Positions 40,198-51,349 of a DNA stretch of 64,000 nt are shown in pieces. Where the stretch lies: the NCBI GenBank assembly GCA_964106645.2, contig OZ067039.1; one strand, written 5' to 3'. Position 1 is the first letter of the stretch, and each line of letters begins with the position of its first letter. A program made the position numbers and the translations under genes. Below the pieces are notes generated by a model. It was not told the origin of the DNA. It did not search any database and saw only the letters and a list, made by a program, of their open reading frames with translations. Source of the stretch: Podarcis pityusensis. Taxonomy: Eukaryota.

Positions 40198-40337
40198 GGG
40201 ATAGCTCAGTTGATGGATCACAAAACGCTTACTCAGGTTCATGGGTCTGAGCCCCCCATTGAGCAAAATATTCACACATTGCAGGAGGTTGGGCTAGATG
40301 AGCCTCATGGTCCCTTCCAACTCTATAATTCTAAGAT
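40198..40337 (+). mobile_element. tRNA-derived SINE with CR1-like tail
   Basis: GGGATAGCTCAGTTG A-box-like head; ...GGTCCCTTCCAACTCTATAATTCTAAGATT tail. Confidence 0.7.
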
Positions 40338-40589
40338 TTGCACGTCTCCAGGTTTTGCAATGCCATTCTCCAACCAAAAAATGTGTACAAAATTCTGGGA
40401 AAGTGAAAATGAAAATGCACAGACAAGTGAAAACAACATAGTCAAATGCATTGCATTAGGGGAAATTTCTTGTAAAAATGTATATATTTGCCCAAACGTG
40501 TATTTTAGGAGAAAGATGCACTGAAATGCTGTCTTTCTGTGAACTTTTTTTATTATTTAAAAAAGAACATTTACACCCATCTCGTCTAG

Positions 40590-40634
40590 ATTCCAGCAAT
40601 GCTCCTCGAGAGTCGCGATCCAGCTCCGCTCCTG
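40590..40634 (+). CDS. Gene B exon 2: DSSNAPRESRSSSAP
   Basis: 45-nt symmetric phase-1 exon, catctcgtctag / gtaagc. Confidence 0.75.
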
Positions 40635-40831
40635 GTAAGCAGATTGACACCCCTGGTGGGAAGGGCACTGAGCCTAACTTGGTGACTGATGTTAATGTGT
40701 GTGGAAATCCTAAAAAGTAGGTCCACTGTAAGATGAACTAGAAACAAAACAGCGTAATACATGGGGAGGTGAGCAGACACTTTTTGTGCTAAGCAATCCT
40801 GCAAATGGCTGGGAAATCTTCTATAGCTCAG

Positions 40832-40879
40832 ACTCTGAGCCAACTACTGAAACGTTAGAGACAGAGACAGCACCTCAAA
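40832..40879 (+). pseudogene. Gene B candidate exon 3: DSEPTTETLETETAPQ, donor apparently mutated (GGAAGA)
   Basis: 48-nt phase-1-compatible Thr/Glu-rich segment after ctatagctcag, followed by ggaaga instead of gtaaga. Confidence 0.4.
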
Positions 40880-41105
40880 GGAAGAAAATAGTGAAAGATT
40901 TAAAAAATAATATTTCTGAAACAACCCCCCATCCCACCACATCTCATCTCAAGCTTTTGGAGTTGAAGGGGCAATTGCTGGGGTGGGGAGGGAGCAGGGC
41001 TGTCCAGTGTGGGAATCAAGCCATTTGAAGCAATTCACAGAAGGGACTAATTATTATTTTTTCCATGGCACCCAGGGGCAATTTCTGGACGCGCATTCCT
41101 CACAG

Positions 41106-41189
41106 ATCTGGCCGGTGTGCTTGGCAGTACCTCTGAAGTGTTTGGTGAACTTTTCACTCAAATGGTTACGTCCGTTTTGGGGGGGAAAG
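41106..41189 (+). CDS. Gene B helix exon: DLAGVLGSTSEVFGELFTQMVTSVLGGK
   Basis: 84-nt symmetric phase-1 exon, cattcctcacag / gtaagt; amphipathic periodicity. Confidence 0.78.
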
Positions 41190-41655
41190 GTAAGTGTTGG
41201 AGGACATTGCAAGTGGGGAGCATTTTTCAAAACAAGCTTGTGTGGTGAGCATGAGAGGGGGAAAGTCCCAGTGTGATGTGGAGAGAAGTGGATGAGGTTT
41301 TTTAAAATGCAAACGCAATGCAAGGAAACTGCTCTAGGGCTGCTCAGTCTAGAAGAGCTCATGTGCCAGCAGACAGAGGGTGGAATTCAATGCCATACTG
41401 TGACAAACGTTCTGCCAGGCCCCTGCAATGTATTTTGCACAAGTTCCCACAAGAAAGTATAACTGCTGTGGCCATTTCCACCTTCCATTAAAAAGATGTG
41501 GGTGTGTGGCCTTGGGAGGCTGCGAGGAAGGTAGGGACCCCCCCCCCCCCGAGGGAAGGGAGACAAAGGCAGGGAGAGAGATGCAACAGGATTACTGGGA
41601 GGTGAGGAGGATGGTAATAGTGAAGAAGTTAACCCTGCTGAACTTTTCTTGATAG

Positions 41656-41720
41656 GCACCAGAGAACTGAGGAGAGAGGCTCATGGATCTCCAGGCTCCG
41701 AGCCAAGCAACAGGAACTGA
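41656..41720 (+). CDS. Gene B last coding exon: GTRELRREAHGSPGSEPSNRN-stop
   Basis: 75-nt exon 41656-41730, cttttcttgatag / gtaagc, TGA at 41718-41720. Confidence 0.65.
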
Positions 41721-41912
41721 TTAGCCATGGGTAAGCAGCTCCAAGTCATAAGGTACTGGGCACTATCTGGAGGGCCACAAGTTTCCCATTCCTTGCTTGA
41801 ACTTCTGCCCCAGACATGAAATGAAACAACAGCTGTCCAGTCCTTCAGTTTCTTCTGTATGGTGAATGTTGCTGTATTAAGAATGTTGACTTTAAGTCAT
41901 GTTCAATTTCAG

Positions 41913-42290
41913 ATATTTGCAGCAATGGTACAATTGGACTTCTGCATGGTCTAGAGCAGTCCTTTCCAACAGGTCGGTCGTGGGATGTCCCTGGTCCTGG
42001 TCGATCCTGGTCGATTGCGGGATCCTGATGCCCCACCCCCACCCCCAAAAAAGCAGCTCAACAACTTTGGCTCATCCCCCCCCCCCAAAAAAAGCTCAAG
42101 AACTCTGGTCAATCCAATGGGTAGATCACTGTCATTTTTTTTATAGTGGGAGTAGATCGCAGTCTCTTGGAAGCTGGACAGCCCTGGTCTAGAGAATGAA
42201 GGAGGCTTTGACATCCTGGTGTTTGCCATCCTGGTAGATTGCCACATATCTATACCAATTGATCAATAAAGTTCTAGTCAAGCAAATCAT
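41913..42290 (+). other. Gene B terminal (3' UTR) exon containing a hAT MITE
   Basis: Acceptor gttcaatttcag, AATAAA at 42265-42270. Confidence 0.5.
41957..42186. mobile_element. hAT (Charlie-like) MITE with 8-bp TSD GTCTAGAG
   Basis: TSD at 41949-41956 and 42187-42194; imperfect CAG.. TIRs. Confidence 0.85.
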
Positions 42291-42549
42291 TGGCATTTGA
42301 CTCTATGCACCTTATTTGTGGCTTTCTGTATAGCAATGCATGATTATACATTCTCAATAACCTGACACACTAACATGTGTTTTTCAAGATACATTGGCTA
42401 GGATTCATGTAACCAGACCCACCACTTAGCCTTGTGCAAATGTTTCTGCTTATGCAATGGGGCTTCCTCCCATCTCCCCCATGCTCCTCATAGGTCTGGA
42501 GAACCCCAAGAACAGCACAGGGGGTGAGGAGAGGGAGGGTTGTACTGCC

Positions 42550-42946
42550 TGACAAGCTGCAATGGTTGTGTTGGAGGAATTTCAACAGGGGCAAATGTAA
42601 GGTTCTGCACATAGGCAGGAAGAACCAGTTGCACAAATATAACTTGGGGGACAGCTGGCTGACCAGCACTACATGTGAAAAGGATCTGGGGGTCTTAACA
42701 GACGCAAGCTTAACAGCAGTCTACAAGGTGATGCAGCAGCAAAAAAGCTAATGCTATTCTAGGCTGCATCAACAGAAGTCTAGTGCACTGGGCAGTGGAA
42801 AAGACTCCCTCAGGAGGTGGTGGGCTCTCCTTCAGTGGAGGTTTTTAAGCAGCGGTTAGGTCTGCCATGGATGCTTTAGTAGAGATTACTGCACTGCAGG
42901 GGGTTGGACTAGAATACCCTTCCAACTCCACAATTCTGTGATTCTA
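42550..42946 (+). mobile_element. Older CR1 3' fragment
   Basis: FNRGKCKVLHIG...CEKDLGVL motif and degenerate CR1 tail. Confidence 0.8.
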
Positions 42947-45900
42947 AGAATCGCTGGAGGATTGCAGCACTGAATTCCACCCACAGAATTTGTCATTCAT
43001 GCTTTACCCTTAAAACTTCCTTATACAATTTATTTTATTTCATTAAATTTACATACTGCTTGATTGTGAAACAACCAACCACCTCAAAGCAGTTTATAAA
43101 AAGAATAAACCATAAAATTATTGATAAAAACAGTTAATAACAACTATTCAAAACATTCAGAGGAGAAAATAAAACTAGAGATAAACACACACCATCATTC
43201 TAATAGGGCAGGCTTGTCCACATAAGAGCACATTCCTTGATTTATGCAAAACCAGACCAACCCAGGCCACAGCCAGGAATAATATTTGAGCCTCTTCGGT
43301 TAGAAGGCTAATCACCCGATCAATGTCCTACTTGCTAGGCTCTTTCTCAGTTTGTGGTAGGAGGGTAATTTATTAATGCTTGGGCCATTCACATATAAGA
43401 TAAATAAGATAGATAAATACAATGCAAAATCCAAGTCAAAGTATTGCATAAAGTAACATTACTGCCTAGAATCATACATAAAACATCTTCAAAATACTAT
43501 GTAAATCACATGTAGCATGTATGAAATTTACAAACTGAAATTCAATACAGATAAAAAACATTAATTATTAAAATATATTATGCTTAAATAAGCACATCCT
43601 CCAAGCAGTCGACTGCCATCTCCTCAACAACTCCTGCCCAGGTTTCCATTGCTGCTAAAAAGAGAGACCTTGTGTCCAACAGAAGGTAGAAAATGTTTTG
43701 TGGAATGGTACTGGATGAGTAAGAACAGATCCCAGAAATTTGGTGCTTGGTTCAGAATAAAGTGAACCAAAGAACAAATAGTGAAGCAGTTCCTCAACTT
43801 CTGGGGCCCCACAAATACACAAGCAGAGCGCCAAGGGAGTATGAGAGTGCTGACAATCATAGCTGTGAGCATTGTTTGGAAACAAAGGGCTGCAAATGCT
43901 TGCCTAAGCTTTGGAAATGTGAGCTTTGCAAGGTAAGCAGCCATTTGGTGGTCCAATTTGTAAAGTCTATATTAATTCAAAAATTTAGAATTATTAATGT
44001 TCTGTCTGGCAAGGACATTATATGTATTTTCCACCATGGAAAATATATAGAATGTCCTTGCCAGAGAAGACATTAATAATTCTAAATAATTCTAAATTTT
44101 CCAAATTCAGAGCAGAAAAATGATTGAATGGAGTAGGATATGAATAAAGCACCTTCCAATATTTTAAGTTCCAACTTTTGCAGTTTGATACCTGCTCCAA
44201 ACATAACTTGGGGAATACCCTACCAGGAGACACTTTTATGATTCACCAGTATGGATGGGGAAACGGATGGGAGATCGAATGGAGGGGGAATCTACCTCTG
44301 CCCTGACCAAAGCTGAAGGAGTGCCAGGTGGAAGTCTTAACAATTCCCCAGAAATGTATTTTGGAGGGCCTAGTTTAGCCCATCCTCAAATAGCCATCCT
44401 CAGACAGCCACACCGTACAGGATCTGAGCAATAACTTTACTTTGAAATATTTTCAGGGCTAGCACAACCAGATCTAAGAATTGCCCCAATTGTTCTCATA
44501 GCCACTGCTCTGATAGCTTCTAACTGGATGCCAAGATTCTTAAATACTTGGCATTGTTCAATTTGGTGACCATTAATAGACCATTAATAGACCAGTTCCT
44601 CAATTAGGAACAATAAACAGTTATCCGTATTAGTGGTGGCCAGTTTATAATACCACAATAGTAGGGTTGGAGTTTTTTGGCCAAAGTTCCTAAGCTTTTT
44701 TCTTTTTCTTTTTTAGCAAAATTGCAAAAAAATAATAATGCTGTTTTAAGCTATTTTTATGGAAAGTGGGCAAAAGCAGCACTGCCAACATTGGCTGCCA
44801 TACATCCGGATTTTACAGGACATTTTCCTGATTTCCATCCAGACATTGCTAGAGGCAGTGGTATTCCAGATATGTCCAGGAAATTCCAGACGTATGGCAA
44901 CCCTATACAACAGGCTTCTGTCGATCAAATCAAAGACTGATGCTAAGTCGACAAAGGCAACAAGTAAGTGTTTGGTAGGTCCAGCAGTTGCTTATTGGGC
45001 TAAGAAATGCAAGACAGGCAGTGGTCAATAGTGCTTTCCCTTTTCCTAAAACCAGCCCGTTCAGGAAGGATAATGTGGTTAATAGATTTCCAGTCGTCCA
45101 ATTTCTTTAGCAAATATTTACTATATAGTTTAGGATCAGATCAAATGGTACATTGTTTGGTTTTGTAGGTTCAGGTGTCTATGCCAATTCCTTTAAAAAT
45201 AGAAATTAGTTTGTTTCATGTGTTCACAGTCGAATAATGAAGAATACATTTTAATAATTTAAAATTTAAAAATTACATGACATTTCAGAAATGGTGTGGA
45301 ACATTTCCCCTGTGGAAATTGCTCTTTTTACTTTCAGTTCCGTAAGTCACATGTTGATGCGACAGCTATCCCCACATGCCTTTTTTTTTTTTAGTGTTTA
45401 ATTAGACAATCTCTTGGATCAAGATTTGAGCTAGATGACAAAAGAAATTGTTGGAGGAAACACACTGTCTTGAGCAAGCCTCAAAAGCCATTGAGCCAAG
45501 ACAGGAAGTCCTGGCTAAAAGCCAGCGTGCCCCACGACCCCTACACCAATTTGCGCGCTTCCCAGTGTGAGCAATACTTTATGGGGAACACTGAGCAATT
45601 TCCCACAGGTACTTCATCATTGTTTTAAGGCCACAAACCATCCGCTACACTCCATGTTTCCTTCTTGCCAGCTTCATTGGTTCTGCTCTAGTTATTTGCC
45701 TTTTAATCAAAGTTTGCCTATTATATAAAGTCATCTGCCTTTTAATTTTTTTAAAATGCCAAAATGGAGTAGGGTCTTGGGGCCACAAATATCTTCTGTT
45801 ATGCTAGATACAGGCCATGGGTTAGCCAACCCTGCTTTACAAGAATAAAGGCAAGTCACTACAATTTAGCACCCACAGTGCACTTGTGGCTCTGAAGCAG

Positions 45901-45985
45901 ATAACATGTAGCAGCTCACTGCTAAGTTCACAAGCATTTGATCTGCCAGCTTTCTGGCTTACGGCTCACACTCTTAGCCACTGTG

Positions 45986-46680
45986 CTACCTCAACTCTGT
46001 CAAGATGTCCATACCGTTCTCCCCTCTGGTGGGTGAGTCCCTTTCTGCTGACCACTCCCCAAGGGATTCTTCACTGCTTTCCTCTGGAGATGAAACCACT
46101 TCTAGAGAATGGTGTCCATAACAGTACAGTTCTTGATGGCCAAGGTGGTCTGGCCCCTCCATGCTTTCTCCGCAGTGAGAAAGCCACGGTTCCAACTTTG
46201 AATGAGATGTAGCTTGAGGGCAGTAGTGGGAAGAAATCACAGGAGTCAGCTCCACTATGGTAGACTCTGAAGAGTCACTTCCCATTCTGCCATGATGAAA
46301 GGGGACTTCAGGGAGCGCTGTGTGAGTCTCATCCTTCACGCCTTCCACATCAAAGTGGAACTTGTCTCTGCGGGCTTTTTCCATCACTTCCCACACTACC
46401 TGTTCCAGACGACTCATAGAAGATGGCACAGCAGAAGGTCCTTGAGGCCCTCCTCGGGCGGAAGTGTACAAGCACATCGTGGAAATGGCTTTTTGCAAAC
46501 GCTTGAGAGGAGGCAGAGACTCTGGCTGGGAAGGAACATTCCAAGAATCTGGGATGTCTGGGAAAGCCCAGAACAAGTGGGCAGGGGAAATCTTTTGGAT
46601 GGGAGTCTTAGACACATAAGAGTAGAGGCAGAAGAAAGCATCAGCCGTTACAGCCAGAGTCTGGACTTGCTTGAACCGAC
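45986..46680 (-). CDS. TESPA1: TESPA1 coding exon 8 (SRFKQVQTLAVTADAFFCLYSYVSKTP...), to TAG
   Basis: Acceptor ctttcacag; conserved RFKQVQTLAVTADAFFCLYSYVSKTP. Summed CDS is 1362 nt = 453 aa + stop. A weak donor (AG|gtagca, 45990) overlaps the stop, so a further exon cannot be excluded. Confidence 0.88.
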
Positions 46681-47076
46681 CTGTGAAAGGAAGGATAGAA
46701 AGTGTCAGAGGAAAACCAAGAGACCCTAGCTTCCAGCTCTTCCAGGTCACATCTGTATGGCAGGGACTGTACACACACCTGAAAACTAGGCCTGGTTTCA
46801 TTTTCCTGGGTTCTAGTTTTTTTTTTCTGTCTTCCTCTTGCCTAAGCAAAGGCTTTTGTTTGGTCCTGTCTTCTGCTCCTGGTCCCAGTTCTACCTGCTT
46901 TCCTATGTTCCATCAAGAACAGAGGTCCTTTCCCATCACCTGCTACCTGAGCTCTTTTCAGATTTCAACCAAAGATGCCAAGGGTTGAACATGGGAGCTT
47001 CTCTACATGCTCTGAGCCTCACCCTTTGATATCACAGTCCCAGAACTGACAGCCATGAAATGCTTGTGGCACTTAC

Positions 47077-47285
47077 TTGCTAACATCAAGCAAGGATCCT
47101 CCATCTCTAACCGTTGCACCTGGGCTCTGAGGAAGAGCTGGAAATCAATGCCCTCAGCTTGGGAGGGAACGGAGAAGAACCGAGATGGGATCCAAGATGC
47201 AGCCTGTGTCTCCTCTTGTATGAAGCCCAGGTTGCACAAGATGCTCTCAGCATCAGCTTCATAGAGATCCAGCACCTCAGAGATG
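47077..47285 (-). CDS. TESPA1: TESPA1 coding exon 7, KRAP/IP3R-binding domain
   Basis: SISEVLDLYEADAESILCNLGF...IPSRFF...PSQAEGIDFQLFLRAQVQRLEMEDPCLMLA; cctag / gtaagt. Confidence 0.95.
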
Positions 47286-47757
47286 CTAGGCAGAGAAGAT
47301 AAGAGTGTGAATGCAGAAGTATCCCAACTGATTACTGAACCATTTTCAGGTCATAGCCCCACAAATACACCACTAGGTATGTCCGCAAGCCCCTTTCCTT
47401 CAGAGAATAACGGGCAGCATCTGTGGGATTTCCTCACCCCCAATTTATCTTCCTCACAGCCTTGTGTGGTGAAAGAGGGTGCTTGCAATAATATTCATGG
47501 TGGTGTCTGGTAGAGAAAGCAAACACAGAGCCCTCTGTATGTTGTTGGACCATAATTCCCATCAGCCCCAGCCTGCTCAACTAACCGTCAGGGATGGCGG
47601 GAGCTGTGGTCCATGACATCCAGAGGGCACCAGGTCAGCTGCCTCCAATGTACAGACCAGAGGCTAGGTATCTCTGCTCCAATCACTGCTGGTTTGTTAG
47701 TGGTGTAGGTAGATCTTTAAGCCAGTCCAAGTCCTACACAATACAATCCATGCTTAC

Positions 47758-47856
47758 CTGGAGCTGGTCTTGTTAGTGCTGCCTGAGAAGGCACTGGAAG
47801 TCATGCTGTGATCCAGATTGAGATGTTGGGAAGGCCAGAATGTATGTTTTTGGGAC
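47758..47856 (-). CDS. TESPA1: TESPA1 coding exon 6 (SQKHTFWPSQHLNLDHSMTSSAFSGSTNKTSS)
   Basis: 99 nt, NAGNAG acceptor cacagcag, donor gtaagc; TNKTSSS motif. Confidence 0.9.
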
Positions 47857-48168
47857 CTGCTGTGGAAGAAGAGACAGTGAAGAGACACATCTGCATGCAT
47901 ACCCACATCCCTTTTGGTGTGCATGTAGGAAGACAAAAAGGGAGGGCAAGCTGGCAGTCACAGCCAGCTGCACACTTGCACAAGACTGATAGTGTGACAA
48001 CACCCTACAATGTTATTAGACAAATATGCAGCCAGTATCTCATTTCAGAAATAAAACTAGAAATCTCAGCCCCGCCCTGCCCCCCCAAAACAAATTTAAA
48101 TTCTGGATTTCAGATTTCTCCAAACTTTGGCTCTAGCAACGCTAACCTCCTTAACTCTTGTTTCTCAC

Positions 48169-48205
48169 CTAGGCTCAGCTCTGTCTCTGTCCAGTAGCAC
48201 CATTG
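48169..48205 (-). CDS. TESPA1: TESPA1 coding exon 5 (AMVLLDRDRAEP)
   Basis: 37 nt, ttcttctttccag / gtgaga; phase 1 to 2 keeps the frame. Confidence 0.82.
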
Positions 48206-48383
48206 CTGGAAAGAAGAAAAGAAAGGTCTCTCATGAGCAAAGGATACATTGCATTCCTACGAAGAGAGCTGACGGCCAAGGAGCATATTGGCAGAGTTGC
48301 ACCATCAAATTAGCATTTTGCCACCCATCCATGGGCCATCTGGAAAGAAGGCTTGCTCACACCCAACAATCCTCATCACTTAC

Positions 48384-48437
48384 CTTCTGCTCCCAGGCTA
48401 AGGTCATCTTCAAAGCTGGTTCTGTTGCTGCAGGATC
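48384..48437 (-). CDS. TESPA1: TESPA1 coding exon 4 (GSCSNRTSFEDDLSLGAE)
   Basis: 54 nt, cctgtag / gtaagt; SFEDDLxLGAE motif. Confidence 0.92.
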
Positions 48438-48967
48438 CTACAGGATAACACAAATACATAGTCACTCAGAGCAAGCATCCACAGGTGGAAAAGGGACTGG
48501 GTGAGACCAAAAGGCTGAGTGGCTTTCTCTATGCAGTTTTATTATGGACATGCCACAACACAGCTCTACATGGGCAGGGCTGTGTGAAGGCTACAGTTCC
48601 ACAGAAGAACAGGAAATCCAAACAGTGTAGAATTCAGCTTCCTAAAATGCTCAGATTTTTCTTTCTTTCTAATCCCTGTGAAAATAGGCTTGTAAGTTTG
48701 CAAGCAATGCCTGCTGAAATCTCAGAAACCTAATGAGTTTCTGAATAAGATTTCCAGCGAAGGGGGGAGCAGTTTAATGCCTTGTATACCCCCTTGCTTT
48801 CCCCCTCAAATTAGTATGTATTATTGTTTAATTAACTTATGAATCACTTTACAAAAGCATTGTAAGGCGAATTACAAGCAAACAATAAAAATAACTAAAG
48901 TAGGTTTTGAAACAATACCAGAAACAACAGCGGCTGCCTTTCAATATTTTTTAGAGAAAACATTGAT

Positions 48968-50020
48968 GACTTCCGGTGCTTTCTGCCTTAATGGGTTCAG
49001 CTCCCACATTAGCGGAGATCATTTGCAGAGAAAAACAAAGATGATTTTGAGGGTAATTGTCCTTGCAAGTTCCCCCCAGGGCTCGGGGGGACTGAACTTC
49101 ACCCGCAGACCGTTTTGGCTCTCGCTCCGGCATGGAATCTGGGAGGCAGGAAGATGCTGGGTGCCAAAGCACTTTGCCTATCGGTAACTCCCCGACACAG
49201 CCATTAAGATGCAGAGGCTCTTCTATTTAATAGGGTGAAATTGACTCTAATTTACAGACGTGTGCAGGATGGATGGGACAAGATTATAAACTGGCAAGTG
49301 AATCAGCTACTGAGTCGCAATGTTTAGAACTGGTAAGATTTCCTTTGTAGAAAAATATGGTATGTGAGGGGGGGAGCCTTTTATATATACCATGTTTGCT
49401 ACATAAATAATTCGGCAAACCTCCCCCTAAATGCCAACAAACTGATAAAAAGCAAGAGGAGAAAAAGAGAGTGGGGTTATATTTATGCATTAATATGAAA
49501 ATATAACTGTGTGAGAACATTGAAATGATTTAAAGCACTGGACTTCCACTTATCACAATTTGGACTATGGGCCGAAATTACATGGGAAAAGAGGAAGAGA
49601 AAGAGCAAAAAAGTGTAAGTAGAGATGCTGCGTACAACATGATCAGAAGAGGAAAAATGAAGAAACAAATGGAAAAATAAACTTCTCACACAGGGAATTT
49701 ACGGGATATAGAACTCCTTCTGCAGAAATAAAATTTATTAAATGTGTTAATACGAATGGAAGTCCAGAACTCTGTAGTTGTTGATAACAGACTACGATCA
49801 GGACTGAATGTAATTGGATTAATCAAGATTTCGGAAGCAGGAAGAAATAATAACTTTGCACTTTGAAACCCAGCACACGGGAAGTCACACAAATTGTATA
49901 ATTGGCCTTATAATTTATATATATTTGGATATGAATTGTAATTTGACATTGATAAAATGTGGCTGCTATTGGACTTTAGTAATTGAAAATTAATTGATTT
50001 ATTTTTTTTTTGAAAAATAG
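48968..50020 (+). mobile_element. Second GACTTCCGG-headed non-autonomous retroposon (older)
   Basis: Same 5' motif and CpG head; imperfect TSD AAAACATTGAT / AAAACATGGAT. Confidence 0.6.
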
Positions 50021-50708
50021 AAAAAACATGGATTGGTTGATTGATTGATTATATTTCTATGTTGCTTTTCATTCAAATGAATCCCAATACAGCTTACAAA
50101 CAATAAAAAAAAGAACATCACAAATACAGCATAAATTATATAGAATAATTAACAAATCATCAATAAAAACAAGTACAACCTATAAAACACTCTTAAAGCA
50201 TCAACTAAAAAATGAGCTAAACATCACAATTAAAGCAAAAGTAATATTATATGATTAACAAACCAATACAGCATTTATAATCTATAAAATAATATCAACA
50301 GCATTAACAAAATAGCAACCCAAAAATAAGCTAAGAACTGTTAAGGTCATACACACATTCTCCACACCCCTAGGGCTCATAATCTTTCACTCTGTTCAGC
50401 TCAATAACATACACATGACGCCCTTCTAAAGGTTCATGAATGAGGCTGTGTACATAACCATACATTAAAGTACATTTGAAGCACACACACCCAAGAACCC
50501 TGGGAACTATATTTTACCTATCAGAGAGCTACAATTCCCAGCACCCTTTAATAAACTACATTTCCTGGGACTTTTTGTTTGGGTGTGCACACGCTCAAAA
50601 TGTGCTTTAAATGTATGGTGTGTGTGTGCAGTCCAAACTTTAGCCTACCTTACTTCATGTTTGAGAAGGCAGACCGAGCAAATAACAGAAATTGCAGAAA
50701 TCACTTAC

Positions 50709-50761
50709 CAGCATAGGCACCCGGAGCAGAGATGCTCTCTGAGAAGGGGTCCAGTGAAGAG
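50709..50761 (-). CDS. TESPA1: TESPA1 coding exon 3 (SSSLDPFSESISAPGAYA)
   Basis: 53 nt, ctttcag / gtaagt; phase 2 to 1 links exons 2 and 4 in frame. Confidence 0.8.
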
Positions 50762-51054
50762 CTGAAAGCCAGAATCAAGAGCTGCATCATTACAGCTATA
50801 GGAGTTCCTAAACCCTTTTGCCATTTCTCTCCTAGGACCTAGCCGGAACATCACAGACAATTAAGTCCCACTCAGCAAACAGTGGCACCACCAGGGCTGG
50901 TGCTGCATTAGGCAGAGCAAGGCAGCTGCCTCAGGCAGCAGATGCAAAGCTGCAGGGGACAGATAGAGCTCTGAGTGCCGCATGGCTACCCCGGGACCCC
51001 TACACTAGCCTCCTGTCCTCTAGTGCAGTGGAGGATACCGCCCATTCACTAGTA

Positions 51055-51349
51055 CAGTGGTGCCTCACAAGACGAAATTAATCCGTTCCGCAAGTCTCTT
51101 CGTCTTGCGGTTTTTTCGTCTTGCGAAGCATGGCTATTAGCGGCTTAGCGGCTTAGCGGCTATTAACGGCTTAGCGGCTTAGCGGCTTTAAGAAAAAGGA
51201 AACAAACTCGCAAGAACTCGCAAGACGTTTCGTCTTGCGAAGCAAGCCCATAGGGAAATTCGTCTTGTGGAACGACTCAAAAAACGGAAAACTCTTTCGT
51301 CTAGCGAGTTTTTCGTCTTGCGAGGCATTCGTCTTGCGGGGCACCACTG
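51055..51349. mobile_element. Tc1/mariner (Tigger/pogo-like) MITE
   Basis: TIRs CAGTGGTGCCTCACAAGACGAA / TTCGTCTTGCGGGGCACCACTG, TA TSDs, internal GCGGCTTA repeats. Confidence 0.9.

Noticed and set aside
40198-40270. Possible tRNA gene
   Set aside because: Degenerate cloverleaf fused to a CR1-like tail, i.e. a SINE.
28050-42290. Assigning genes A/B to the SCPP or Ly6/three-finger families
   Set aside because: SCPP genes have phase-0 introns and Ly6 proteins are Cys-rich; these have phase-1 introns and no mature cysteines. No gene symbol is given because orthology is unproven.
46681-46849. N-terminal part of the 287-aa ORF
   Set aside because: Intronic read-through upstream of the TESPA1 exon acceptor.
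51135-51190. Short tandem GCGGCTTA repeats resembling an array
   Set aside because: Internal repeats of a Tc1/mariner MITE; no spacers, eukaryotic context, not CRISPR.
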